A DNA stretch of 59,033 bases, counting the filler. It is 5 parts of 5 records of this genome, joined end to end, with 100 filler letters (N's around TTAATTAATTAA, not from the genome) between each part and the next. Parts side by side here need not be neighbours in the genome. Positions count along the whole stretch, not along the records: positions 42,290 to 59,033 come from SRR20825006_1254; 4 more parts are not named here. One strand, written 5' to 3'. The notes beneath the pieces were generated by a model. That model was not told the origin of the DNA and ran no database searches. It was given only the letters and a program-made list of their open reading frames with translations. This document shows, piece after piece, positions 48,725 to 58,814 of this stretch. The position numbers and the translations under genes are program-made. Within the stretch, counting starts at the first letter, position 1. Every line of letters starts with the position of its first letter.

Positions 48725-50914
48725 TCAATCGAGCTCGGGTGGGTTCATCAGGTCGAAGCCGTAGCGAATCGCGCGCTGTTGGCTCGCGCCTGATTCGACG
48801 CTCAGCAGTAGTGGGCCGATGCGTTGGGCGAGGATGCCGAGGTCGAAGCCTCCAAACTCGTCCTTTGGCGCGTATTTGGCGGTCAGTTGCACGAGCCCGA
48901 CGGGTTCTGCGCGCAGGCGCGCGGCGGGGGCGTCGATGCGTTCGCTGGTGCCCTTCTGGCGCTTTCGCACGTTGGCGATTTCAGCGTCGAACTCTTCGGC
49001 GCTCATGCCATAACCGAAGAGAATCCAGGGGGTTTCGCCATCGCGTTGGTAGAAGTAGGTCATGCCGTGGAGCTTGGAGGCAGATGATGGGCTCATCGCC
49101 CCGACCTTGTTCGGCGCCAGCGGTTTCGCGTAGTCGTGCTCGGCCTCTTCTTCGACCGCTTCGGGGGTCTCTTCCGCGTCGCCCTCGGCCAGCGGCGCGG
49201 TCTCCTCGGGGGTGAAGATCTCGAGGTCGTCGTTGTCGAGCATGAGGTAGAGCGTGTCGCGGAGCGCGGCGCTGACGACGTCTCGATCGATCGGCGCGAC
49301 CTCTGGCTTGAGCCTGACGAGCCCCAGGACGTGAGGCTTGGCGTAGAAGTTCGAGAGGCTCAGGCCGGGGAGCACGAGGTCGATGCGCTCGATCTTGTCG
49401 CGGTGTGCGTAGAGCGGGATGACATCGATGGGCGCCTCGGCCTTGAGCATCTCCTCGAAGTTTGCCGCGAGCAGCGCGACGTTGCGAGGGAGCGCGAGCA
49501 GGTAAGTCCAGGCGGATGCGATGCCATCAGGATCGTAATCGAACGCTTCGAGGATGCGATCGGGGTGCTCGACGCCGAGCCATTGCTTCCAGCGCGCCTC
49601 GGTGAAAATCATCGGGTCGAAGCTCGTGCCGATGCTCCGGCTCTCGAGCGCCAGGTCGGTGCCTTCGCGCGTGTTCGGAGGGAGCTCGAGGCCATGTTCG
49701 CCAAAGAGCGTCATGTGCGCGCCGAGCAGCCGCTTTTGCCCATCGCGCTCTCCGCCAAGGTGAAGCTCGTAGGCAAACCCTGACAAACCCTTGGTGCCCA
49801 CATCCCAGGCGTACTCGCCGCGGATGGCGTCGGTGAGCTGGAGTAAGAGCTCGCTGTCGCGCTCGGAGGCTGCCGAGTTGAGCGAGCGTGAGAGCGCGGC
49901 CTGATAGCCGGAGTAGCGTGAGATCGAGGAGAACCCCTCCTGATCGAGCGAGAGCGCGAGCGCCGGTTCATCCAGGGGCCGGGGCGCGCGAGGAAAACCT
50001 CGCGAGGAGCGCGCGACGGCTTCCTCGATGCGTGCTGTGGCCTCGGCGCGTCTCGCTCCTTCTTCGGTGGAGTCGAGCCTCGGGACGTAGACGATATCGA
50101 CGAGCAGGTAGCCTCGCTCGGTGCGCACCCCCATCACGGGGATGTCCTCCTTGCGGTCGATAAAGTAGATCCTCTTGAACGTGGAGGCCGTCGATGGGCG
50201 CGAGCGCGTGGTCTCCATCGCGCTCATCATGCGGTCGATCGTGTCGAGCGCGCGCGCCTCATCCGAGAGCGAGAAAACCAGTCGCCCGCCCGCGTTGGCT
50301 TCGGCGCCGCGGCCCTTCTTGGAGAGCTCGGAGTAGAGCCCGAGGATCTTCTCGTTGCCGCCTGTGTACGATTCGAGGGAGGCCATCATCTGGGCGCGAT
50401 CCTCGATCGAGAGTCTCTCGACGAGCTCGTCTTCCACGAGCTTGACGAACGCCTCTCCAGAATCCGCCAGCGGGTAGAGGCCCGCGTGAACAGGCTGGTC
50501 GAGATCCACGCCGTAGCGTGACCAGTCCTCGAAGGAGAGGACATCCATCCCGAACTCTTGCTTTAATCCCTCGCGCAGGTTGACCAGCTCACGGGCGCGC
50601 ACGATGCCGACGTCCCCCTCGCCGAGCATGGCGGGCTCGCTGATCATCCACTCGTAGAGCGAGCCGATGCCCGAGAGGATCGCGCGGCTCCTGACGACGA
50701 GCACCATGGGCGCTGACGCCGGGAGCTCGAGCGCGGCGCCTTCCCAGCGCTCTGCGCCGGGCGCGGGTTTGACCTTCTTCGCGGTGGGGGTGGGGTCCTC
50801 GCGCTTGTTACGACATCCCGCGGTGAACGCGATGGCCGCGCACAGCAGCAGCGAAAAGGAGGTCAGGGCGAGGCGGCGATGCCGCGAGGTTCGGAAGCGC
50901 TGGAGTGCTGGCAA
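48725..50914 (-). CDS. Large hypothetical lipoprotein
   Basis: Basic N-region, hydrophobic core and TAGC lipobox; 729-aa ORF with no recognised domain. Confidence 0.7.
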   Translation of the reverse strand: MPALQRFRTSRHRRLALTSFSLLLCAAIAFTAGCRNKREDPTPTAKKVKPAPGAERWEGAALELPASAPMVLVVRSRAILSGIGSLYEWMISEPAMLGEGDVGIVRARELVNLREGLKQEFGMDVLSFEDWSRYGVDLDQPVHAGLYPLADSGEAFVKLVEDELVERLSIEDRAQMMASLESYTGGNEKILGLYSELSKKGRGAEANAGGRLVFSLSDEARALDTIDRMMSAMETTRSRPSTASTFKRIYFIDRKEDIPVMGVRTERGYLLVDIVYVPRLDSTEEGARRAEATARIEEAVARSSRGFPRAPRPLDEPALALSLDQEGFSSISRYSGYQAALSRSLNSAASERDSELLLQLTDAIRGEYAWDVGTKGLSGFAYELHLGGERDGQKRLLGAHMTLFGEHGLELPPNTREGTDLALESRSIGTSFDPMIFTEARWKQWLGVEHPDRILEAFDYDPDGIASAWTYLLALPRNVALLAANFEEMLKAEAPIDVIPLYAHRDKIERIDLVLPGLSLSNFYAKPHVLGLVRLKPEVAPIDRDVVSAALRDTLYLMLDNDDLEIFTPEETAPLAEGDAEETPEAVEEEAEHDYAKPLAPNKVGAMSPSSASKLHGMTYFYQRDGETPWILFGYGMSAEEFDAEIANVRKRQKGTSERIDAPAARLRAEPVGLVQLTAKYAPKDEFGGFDLGILAQRIGPLLLSVESGASQQRAIRYGFDLMNPPELD

Positions 50915-50923
50915 GGATGATCC

Positions 50924-51910
50924 TCAGAAGAAACGGGTAACACCTGTCTTGGCGTCGCTTTGCAAGTCAGGAGCCCATTGATAGTCCGGTTCGAGGAGTT
51001 CGTTCAAGTCCTCCATGATTTTGCGCGTGTAATGCTCGAGCTTCTCGCGCTGGGTGGCTTGATCGTCCGGGTGGAAGGGGCGGTAGTTGTGCGGGAACTC
51101 TTCCCTCGGGATCGAGTGAAGTCGCTTGCCGTAGCGAACGGTGATCTTCTGACCCGGCACAGGGATGAAGCTCCCTCCGAGGAATGTCTCGCGGCAACCG
51201 CTCACGCCAACAGGCAAGATCGGCAGTCCGAGCGCGAGCGCGGCCTCGACGGTCCCGATCTTGCCTGGGATCAGGCGCGCGGCGATCGAACCCTGCGGGT
51301 AGATATGCACGTGCTCGCCGCGCGAGACGCTCTCGGCGGTCTTCTGCAGTGAGATCTGCATCAGATCATAGAAGATCATGCGGATCGCCTGGCCGTAGTT
51401 GTGCGTGCTCGGATTGAAGCTCCAGCCGAGGATGTCCCGTCCTTCCGTGGCGAGTCGCTCTAGCCTCGGATCGTCGGTGGGGAGCTCCCTGTCATGATCG
51501 ACGTGATCGCGTACGGCGCGGTACTGCTCGTTGGTCATGCGCTCGCCGAAGACGGCGAAGTAATCGGCCGCGATCACGTAGCCGCGCGAGCAAATCGGGA
51601 CGTTCCCCGTGTTGTGCAGCAGCTTCCCGGCGATCGGGTCCTTGTAGGCGCGCGCCTTGACCCACGAGACGAAGTGGCGCCCCTTGGGGTAGAGCGGCGC
51701 GCGCAGCGGCAGAAAGTCATAGAAGTGGGTGTGGTTCATCGCCACGATAACTGGCTCGCGCGGGAGCGCCTCGAGGTTCTCGATCTCGACGCTCGAACCT
51801 GGCGTGAGCCAAAACAAGAGACGTGACGCACCTGATGCGCCCCCACCCCAGTTCGGTTTGCAGGAAGAGTCCACGGCGGCCAATGTCTTCAAATCGAAGA
51901 TCGCTGTCAT
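50924..51910 (-). CDS. Lysophospholipid acyltransferase (PlsC family)
   Basis: NHTHFYD (Hx4D), IYPQG and LPILPVG. Confidence 0.8.
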   Translation of the reverse strand: MTAIFDLKTLAAVDSSCKPNWGGGASGASRLLFWLTPGSSVEIENLEALPREPVIVAMNHTHFYDFLPLRAPLYPKGRHFVSWVKARAYKDPIAGKLLHNTGNVPICSRGYVIAADYFAVFGERMTNEQYRAVRDHVDHDRELPTDDPRLERLATEGRDILGWSFNPSTHNYGQAIRMIFYDLMQISLQKTAESVSRGEHVHIYPQGSIAARLIPGKIGTVEAALALGLPILPVGVSGCRETFLGGSFIPVPGQKITVRYGKRLHSIPREEFPHNYRPFHPDDQATQREKLEHYTRKIMEDLNELLEPDYQWAPDLQSDAKTGVTRFF

Positions 51911-52133
51911 CGCATCATCCTCGGTGGTTCGTTCATCCACACCATTTCAACGCTGGCGCTGGAGCAAAAACCGCAAGAAACCCGCTTGTTGGTTATCGCC
52001 AAGGCGCCATTCTTATACCACGACCCCGTCCAGAAGTCATGGTTACACAAGCAACTTTCGACCGAGCGGTCAAGTGGTTTTCTCGGTCTGTCAGATGTGA
52101 CTCGTCAGTCACCTATTCACGTTGTCTCATCGC

Positions 52134-52697
52134 TCACTGAACCACGCACATGCCATCCTGGCAGGCGAGCTCTGGCTGCGCGCAGTCTGCCGCGCAGGCT
52201 TCTTCTCGGACGCCGCACTCGACGGCCTCGAACTCTTCCATGTAGCTCTCTCGCGCGCTCGCGCTGATCGCGCCCTGGTCACAGAGGCAGACGCTGCATG
52301 GATCGCCGACAGGAACGAGCGCGCAATCCTCGACGGTCTCGCAGCTGCGCTCGCGGCTGTCTGTGTAAAAGAACGTCTGCGGGAGGAACTCGCACGTGTT
52401 GTCGACACAGACCGTGCGCCCCGCCTGACATGCTCCGCATTGCACTCCCCCGACGCTCGAGGCGCAGGTGTTCGAGGCGCGCTCGTAGTCGCGCTCGTAG
52501 AGGCTGCGGTCGCGTCGATTGATCGCGGCGTTATCACAGCCGCACTCGTCACACGCGTCCCCCTCTCGGATCGTGACGCAGTCGCCGTTGAGCAGGCAGC
52601 TGTTATCGTAACTCGACGCGTCGATCTCTCCTGTGATCGGCGTGCAGCCAGACCACATCATCAACACCACCAAACCTGATAACCATTCTTTGCGCAT
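52134..52697 (-). CDS. Cys-rich lipoprotein with two 10-Cys repeats
   Basis: WSGC lipobox; duplicated C-x5-C...GD.C..C.C...AI module. Confidence 0.75.
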   Translation of the reverse strand: MRKEWLSGLVVLMMWSGCTPITGEIDASSYDNSCLLNGDCVTIREGDACDECGCDNAAINRRDRSLYERDYERASNTCASSVGGVQCGACQAGRTVCVDNTCEFLPQTFFYTDSRERSCETVEDCALVPVGDPCSVCLCDQGAISASARESYMEEFEAVECGVREEACAADCAQPELACQDGMCVVQ

Positions 52698-53178
52698 CTT
52701 CACGGCCTCGCGAAACGTCCTCTCTCCATCGGGAGCAACCTTACGGACATGTTCTTTCTCTTCAATGTTGCGCGTGACAACTCTTTGTCAAATCCTCCGC
52801 GCGATTTTCATGCGTATATCCTCTCGCGGTGTGCGGCGAGGGAGACCTCATCGGGGTCGCTCCTCGCCGCACGCCGCGAAGACGAATCGTTGTGTTCTAC
52901 AAGTATTTCGATGCAACCACACCCTGTTTTGGTGCTTCGCGTGAGGTTGGCGTCCGCGCGGTGTTGGCAGCTTTTATGAACTGCGACGTGCTTTGTAAAA
53001 CGAAGGGTCTTCTCATCATAAAAGATGCCAACACCGCGCGGGTTCGCTTTGGCGACGTAGCCGGACCAGGTTAGGTCGCCAGGTGCGCGGATGTTTGTGC
53101 TCTGTTTGTTATGACGCTACTGTAATTTTGCTGTCTGAAGTCGCTTCAGAACAGCGCTCCTTGTCTGTCTCGGGGTGA

Positions 53179-53970
53179 ATGATGTTTGTGCAGACTCGCG
53201 TCTGGTCGTTGGCGCTTCTTGTTTTTTTGCTGCTCGTCGGTTGCGTGCGAGGACCGAGTGGTTCTTCGCAGAACAGCGACGGTGGCGAGGGGGATATGTC
53301 CGGGGTCATCAGTGATATGACGATCGCGGATATGGGGCCTGTCCGTGAAGATCAGTCTCCCGAAGCGGACCTGTCTCCTGAGATGGATCAATCACTCCCC
53401 GAGGATCAAAACGCCCCTGTCGATATGCGCCTGGATCTGGGCGATATGCACGACAGTGGCTTCGATATGTCAGATGCTTCGGTGGATATGCCCTGGGACA
53501 TGACCGCGGACATGCTCGATATGAGCCCGCCAGATCTTGGCGATATGCCCTGTGATATGGCGGCAGAGATCGCCGCGGTATGCGGCGATGGCCGAACCGG
53601 AGACCCATGCAACATCGAGAGCGCGGTCATCTGCGGTCAGATGATCGAGAACCCTTGCCAGAACGCAGAAGGCGTCTGCCTCGGTGGTCAGGACTATGTT
53701 TGTAACAACGATACAAACGAGTGCTGTAACAAGGCGTCTGAAATCGACGTGGCTTGTCGAACGCACCGCCAACTTGGAGGGTGCGGCCTCTCCCCCGAGG
53801 TCGAAATCTGTGGTGAGTTTATCCGGCCAGATTGCGGCACGACATGCGCCTCTGGTAAGTGTTGCCTGAATACCAATGCGTGTGTTTCGAACCACTGCAG
53901 CGCGAACAACGATTGCAGCTTCTGGGGGTTGGGGGATCGCTGCAACACAGATACGTGCCAGTGCAATTGA
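53179..53970 (+). CDS. Lipoprotein with Asp-Met repeat linker and Cys-rich C-terminal domain
   Basis: LVGC lipobox, 12 DM dipeptides and 22 Cys in the C-terminal half. Confidence 0.75.
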   Translation: MMFVQTRVWSLALLVFLLLVGCVRGPSGSSQNSDGGEGDMSGVISDMTIADMGPVREDQSPEADLSPEMDQSLPEDQNAPVDMRLDLGDMHDSGFDMSDASVDMPWDMTADMLDMSPPDLGDMPCDMAAEIAAVCGDGRTGDPCNIESAVICGQMIENPCQNAEGVCLGGQDYVCNNDTNECCNKASEIDVACRTHRQLGGCGLSPEVEICGEFIRPDCGTTCASGKCCLNTNACVSNHCSANNDCSFWGLGDRCNTDTCQCN

Positions 53971-53976
53971 CGCGGT

Positions 53977-54684
53977 TCAGCCCAGACGTCCCTTGATCTT
54001 CCAGACGCGCCAGAGCGCCTCGAGCGCGATATCAGGCGTCATCTTCGAGTCCCCGGCGATCCGATCCGGGAACACGATCGGGACCTCGAGCATCCTGAAG
54101 CCCGCCTTGAACGCGCGATACTTCATCTCGATTTGAAAGACGTAACCTGACGCCTCGACGCCCGAGAGGTCGAGCGTCTCGAGCACCTCTCTGCGCCACG
54201 CGATAAACCCCGCGGTCAGATCCTGGATGTCGATGCCAAGGATCGTGCGCGAGTAGAGGCCACCCCCACGCGAGATCAACCTGCGCATCAGCCCCCAATC
54301 GGACGTCCCGCCGCCCGCGATGTAACGCGAGCCGATCACCACGTCGTAGTATTCGGCCTGTCGAATGATCTCGGGCAAATACTTGGGCTGGTGGCTAAAG
54401 TCCGCGTCCATCTCGAGGATGACCTCGTAGCGATCCTGCGCGAGCGCCCAGCGAAAACCCGCCACATAGGCAGGCCCGAGCCCCTCCTTGGTCTGGCGAT
54501 GGAGCACGTGCACGCGCTCGTCCGCTGCCGCCATCTCGTCGGCCATCGCGCCGGTGCCATCGGGAGAGCCATCGTCGATGACGAGGATATGCACATCGGG
54601 CACTTCCTCGAAGATGGCGGGGATGATTTTTGGGAGGTTCTCCGACTCGTTGTAAGTCGGCATACAAATCAAAGCCTGAGGCAT
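53977..54684 (-). CDS. Polyprenol-monophosphomannose synthase-like GT2 glycosyltransferase
   Basis: PTYNE.EN, DDGSPDGTG, MDADFSH, GSRY and GYVFQIE. Confidence 0.9.
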   Translation of the reverse strand: MPQALICMPTYNESENLPKIIPAIFEEVPDVHILVIDDGSPDGTGAMADEMAAADERVHVLHRQTKEGLGPAYVAGFRWALAQDRYEVILEMDADFSHQPKYLPEIIRQAEYYDVVIGSRYIAGGGTSDWGLMRRLISRGGGLYSRTILGIDIQDLTAGFIAWRREVLETLDLSGVEASGYVFQIEMKYRAFKAGFRMLEVPIVFPDRIAGDSKMTPDIALEALWRVWKIKGRLG

Positions 54685-54791
54685 GAGTGTTCCGGCGGAA
54701 AAATCAACGTATGAAGTGCGGTATATTTGCGGCGAGGGGGATGCTCTGGGCATCCTCCTCGCCGCAGAGGTTCGGGTGTTGTATCAGTGGC

Positions 54792-56183
54792 TTACACGCC
54801 GAGGTCTTCGCGCGTGAGGTCGAGCTTTTTGAGGATGTACTCGACGCTCTTGCGGTGAACGCCAGCGATGCGCGCGGCCTTGGAGACGTTGCCATCGGTG
54901 CGCTCGAGGAGCGTGGACCAGTATGACTTCTCGAACTCCTCGATCAGGCGGTTCTTGGCCTCCTTGAAGGGGAGGTTCTCCTCGATGGCGGACTGGGCCA
55001 TGGGCGCGGCGGCCTCGCCAGCTTTCTGCGCGTTCTCTTCGCTGCGGCGCAGATCGCCGGTGTTCAGGAACTTGGTCTCGATCGTGTCCCCTTGCGCGAG
55101 CAGCACGGCGCGCTCGATGAAGTTCTTGAGCTCGCGCACGTTCCCCGGCCAACTGTGACGCTTGAGCTTCTCCATCGTCTTGTAGGAGATATCCACGTCC
55201 CCTCGGCCTGCCATCTCGTTGGCTTGCTTGAGGAAGTGATCCACGAGCAGCGAGATGTCCTCCTGTCGATCGCGAAGCGGCGGGAGCGCGACCTTGATCA
55301 CGGCGAAGCGGTAATAGAGGTCCTCTCTAAAGTTCCCCTCGCGCACTTCGTGGATCAGGTTGCGGTTGGTCGCGGCGACGATACGCACATCCGTCTTGAT
55401 GGTGTCATTGCTGCCGACCGGTTTGATCTCCTGGTTCTCCAACGCGCGCAACAGCTTTGGCTGGAGGTCGATCGGGAGCTCGCCGAGCTCGTCCAAAAAC
55501 AGCGTGCCTCCGCGAGCAGCCTCGAAGGCGCCCTTGCGGTTGCCGGTCGCGCCGGTGAAGGCGCCCTTGACGTGCCCGAAGAGCTCGCTCTCGATCAGGT
55601 CGCGCGCGATCGCCGAGCAATCGACGACGATAAACGGGCCGCTCTTGCGGGAGCTGTTGTTGTGGATCGCCTCGGCGACGAGCTCCTTCCCTGTGCCGGA
55701 CTCTCCCTCGACCAGGACGCGATAATCGGTGGGCGCGACGCGCATCAGGAGCGCGAAGATCTCTCGCATCGCCAGGCTTCGCCCGAGCATGTTCCCGAAG
55801 CGCTCCTGCCCCGAGAAGTGCACCTCGGCGCTCTCGTCGGTGAGTTCGAATTTGATGAGCGTCTTGCCGACCTTGAAGATCGCGCCGTTCTCCAAAAACA
55901 CCTCGCGGATGCGCAGGCTGTTGACCGTGGTGCCATTCTTGGAGCCGAGGTCGCGCAGCAGATAACCCGCATCATCGACGTGAACCTCGGCGTGAAAACG
56001 GCTGACCGCGCTGTCGTCGAGCACGAGGTCATTGTCCGGTGATGCGCCGATGGTGATCTTGCGCGATTCGAAGGTCCCGCCTTCCCCCTTGTTGGGGCCT
56101 TCGGTGATGCGCAGGCGGTACTTTTGCAACTCGAGCTTTTGCTCGCCGCTATCGAGAAACACGGTCCGTGTGATGTCGCTCAT
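54792..56183 (-). CDS. FHA-domain sigma54 enhancer-binding protein
   Basis: FHA (VSRFHA, DLGSKNGT), GESGTGKE, GAFTGA, FLDE, WPGNVREL and Fis-type HTH. Confidence 0.95.
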   Translation of the reverse strand: MSDITRTVFLDSGEQKLELQKYRLRITEGPNKGEGGTFESRKITIGASPDNDLVLDDSAVSRFHAEVHVDDAGYLLRDLGSKNGTTVNSLRIREVFLENGAIFKVGKTLIKFELTDESAEVHFSGQERFGNMLGRSLAMREIFALLMRVAPTDYRVLVEGESGTGKELVAEAIHNNSSRKSGPFIVVDCSAIARDLIESELFGHVKGAFTGATGNRKGAFEAARGGTLFLDELGELPIDLQPKLLRALENQEIKPVGSNDTIKTDVRIVAATNRNLIHEVREGNFREDLYYRFAVIKVALPPLRDRQEDISLLVDHFLKQANEMAGRGDVDISYKTMEKLKRHSWPGNVRELKNFIERAVLLAQGDTIETKFLNTGDLRRSEENAQKAGEAAAPMAQSAIEENLPFKEAKNRLIEEFEKSYWSTLLERTDGNVSKAARIAGVHRKSVEYILKKLDLTREDLGV

Positions 56184-56315
56184 CGGGCTCTCTTTTTTGG
56201 ACGCTTGATGTTGACGCCTGCCGGGGCGCAGCTTGGCTGATATGAGCCCTCTTATACCAACACGTGTGGCGCATGTCATGAGGCGAGAGAAGGGTGGGTC
56301 GAGGTGCTCCTCGCC

Positions 56316-58814
56316 TCAGGGGAAGACGGTGAGATCCTGGCAGGCTTTGCCGGGTTCGATCTCGACCTTGTAGCTCTCGTCCTTGTTGGCCTTCTTGTTG
56401 ACGGCTCGGACGGTGTGTGGGCCCGCGCTCAAAGGGTGCGCCTCGAGCCTGCTGATGTTCTCTCCGACCTGCTTATTGTCGATAAGAAGCGTGGCGATTT
56501 GAGGTTGGAAGACGCGCACATCGAGGCAGCCCATTTCGATCTTTTCGAGGCGATAGCTCAGGTTTCCGGTGCGCAGTTTTCCTGGCATCACCAGGCGCTC
56601 GATCGGTCGATAGCCTGGCTTGTGGACGCGCACCTTGAACTTGTCGTTTCGCTCGAAGCGCGAGCTGAAGAGCCCCGTGAAGTTGCGCTCGTCGTCGATG
56701 GTGATCGTCGCATCTTCGGGGTAGGCGCGGATGGTCACGCGGATCTTCCTCGGGCCAGTGTTTGTCGAGGTCGCGTTTTCGACATCCTGCTTTTGATCAG
56801 GAGCGCTGCCCATATCCGGCACCTCTGGGAGCTGGCAATCGAGCTCGATTGTTACCTCTTCGTGCCGGAAGTTCTTGCTGATGAGGTAATTCTTCTCCTT
56901 GCAATCCTCGTGGCGCGCATAGATCACGCGCACATCATCCCCGAGCTCGATCTTTTGCGGCGTGGCCCCTACCTTCTGGCCATCCACAGTCAGCAATGCG
57001 CCTGGAGGGCTGCTCTTGATAAGCACCTCGCGCGCCTTGTCCTCCTCGCTCGCTTCGAGCGTGATGGTGCCCCCTTCGAGCAGATGATCTCGCCCCGCCT
57101 GGACCTCGAGCCGGAAGGTCTGGCTGCGCCGATGCCCTTCCTTCTCCAGCGTGAACGTGTGTGGTCCTGGCTCGAGGTCGAGCCGGTGAGGTGTCGTGGC
57201 TCCCGAGATAAGCGCTCCGTCGACGATCATCCTGGCGCCGGAAGGATCGCTCTCGATACGCACGGTCCCATGCCTGCTGCTCCAGGCGAAGATCGCCACG
57301 ATGATTGCCACGATCGCCAACGTGATGCCGCCCGCGATCATCAACCCTGTTCGTCTGGGAGGTTCGTCGTTGGTGAGCTGCGCGAGCGGCGCCGAGTTCT
57401 CGAGCGCGTCCTCTTCCGCGTCGTCGTCTTCTTCTTGCGTGTCCGCTGAAGTCGCCGCGGTCTCTTCCTCTTCGTTATCTTCGCGCTGTGGCTCGCCCTG
57501 GTGTTCATCCTCTCCTGACGATGCAGTTTCGCCCGGTGTGCTGTCATCTCCTGGCGCGGCTCGATTCGCGTCTCGAGCGGCATCGCCGACATCGAGAACC
57601 AGGGGGTTCTGATCGGCGAGGGCGTCGATACCAGGTTGCTTGCTCGCCTCATCGAGATCCGTTGGTTCGGAGGGTGTGACGTCGTGGGCGAGCGTGGCGG
57701 TGCGATGATTCTTACGATCAAACTTCGAGCTTGGAGCGGTCGCGGTGAAGGCGACCTCGGCATGTCCGGGGCCGTCGCCAGCGAGCATGTCGAGCTCCTG
57801 GCCGAGGATATCGTCCAGGCTCATCTTGGCCGGTTGCTTGGAGTTCGAGCGCGAGGATGTCGTCGAGCGAAGCTCCTTACGCTCGATCCCTCCGGGGAAG
57901 ATCTCGCCCAGGAAATCTGCGACTTGCTGACTGGTTGGCGCGCAAGCGTTGCTGTAGAGGTACTGCAAGACCGCGGTCTGCATCTGATCGATGTTCTGGT
58001 AGCGCTGCTCGAGGTCGGGCTCCATCGCCTTGAGGACGATCTCGTCGACTTCCGGTGGGACGAGCGAGTTCAGAGTGCTGGGTGGGTCGAACTCACACTT
58101 TCGCACCAGATCGATGCTCTCGAGGTCTGTGTCACCCTCGAAGGGTCGCATCCCGGTGAGCAGCTCGTAGAGGACCACGCCTGTGGAGAAGATATCACTG
58201 CGCGCGTCGACGATCTTGCCGCTCGCTTGCTCCGGGCTCATGTAGCAAAACTTGCCTTGAATTCTCCCCGAGATGGTGCGCGAGAGCTTGTTCGTGGCAC
58301 GCGCGATGCCAAAATCGATGACCTTGACGTCACCCTCGCGCGAGATGAGCACGTTTGATGGCGAGACGTCGCGGTGGACGAGCTCGAGCGAATTTCCCTC
58401 GTCATCGCTCTTGCGGTGGGCGTAATCGAGCCCCTTGCAGACCTCTCCGATGAGGTAGAGTGCCATCTCCACAGGCATGATCTTGCCATCGACCTGGAGC
58501 CGCTTGATGATCTCGCGGAGATCGCGCCCGGGGATGTACTCCATGGCGATGAAGTGTTCGCCATCCTGTTCGCCCATGTCGAAGACGGGGACGATGTTGC
58601 CGTGGGTGAGCTGGACGACGATGCGCCCCTCATCCAGGAACTTGGTGATGAACTCTTCCTCTTCGGCGAGGTGGGGCAAGATGGTCTTGATGATGACGCG
58701 CTTTTCAAAGCCCGCCGTGCCGCGCATCTTCGCCAAAAAGATCTCGCCCATGCCTCCTGCGGCGATGCGCCGTAGCAGCTCGTAGCGTCCCAGTTGTCGC
58801 AAGATCTCGGTCAT
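56316..58814 (-). CDS. Membrane Ser/Thr protein kinase with extracytoplasmic PEGA domains
   Basis: GGMGEIF, HRDVSPSN, DFGIA, YMSPEQ, acidic linker, TM helix and S.P.GA PEGA repeats. Confidence 0.95.
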   Translation of the reverse strand: MTEILRQLGRYELLRRIAAGGMGEIFLAKMRGTAGFEKRVIIKTILPHLAEEEEFITKFLDEGRIVVQLTHGNIVPVFDMGEQDGEHFIAMEYIPGRDLREIIKRLQVDGKIMPVEMALYLIGEVCKGLDYAHRKSDDEGNSLELVHRDVSPSNVLISREGDVKVIDFGIARATNKLSRTISGRIQGKFCYMSPEQASGKIVDARSDIFSTGVVLYELLTGMRPFEGDTDLESIDLVRKCEFDPPSTLNSLVPPEVDEIVLKAMEPDLEQRYQNIDQMQTAVLQYLYSNACAPTSQQVADFLGEIFPGGIERKELRSTTSSRSNSKQPAKMSLDDILGQELDMLAGDGPGHAEVAFTATAPSSKFDRKNHRTATLAHDVTPSEPTDLDEASKQPGIDALADQNPLVLDVGDAARDANRAAPGDDSTPGETASSGEDEHQGEPQREDNEEEETAATSADTQEEDDDAEEDALENSAPLAQLTNDEPPRRTGLMIAGGITLAIVAIIVAIFAWSSRHGTVRIESDPSGARMIVDGALISGATTPHRLDLEPGPHTFTLEKEGHRRSQTFRLEVQAGRDHLLEGGTITLEASEEDKAREVLIKSSPPGALLTVDGQKVGATPQKIELGDDVRVIYARHEDCKEKNYLISKNFRHEEVTIELDCQLPEVPDMGSAPDQKQDVENATSTNTGPRKIRVTIRAYPEDATITIDDERNFTGLFSSRFERNDKFKVRVHKPGYRPIERLVMPGKLRTGNLSYRLEKIEMGCLDVRVFQPQIATLLIDNKQVGENISRLEAHPLSAGPHTVRAVNKKANKDESYKVEIEPGKACQDLTVFP

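Noticed and set aside
52700-53178. sigma54 promoter or ncRNA in the divergent intergenic region
   Set aside because: TGGCAG is not followed by a correctly spaced TTGC, and no convincing stable structure or terminator was found.
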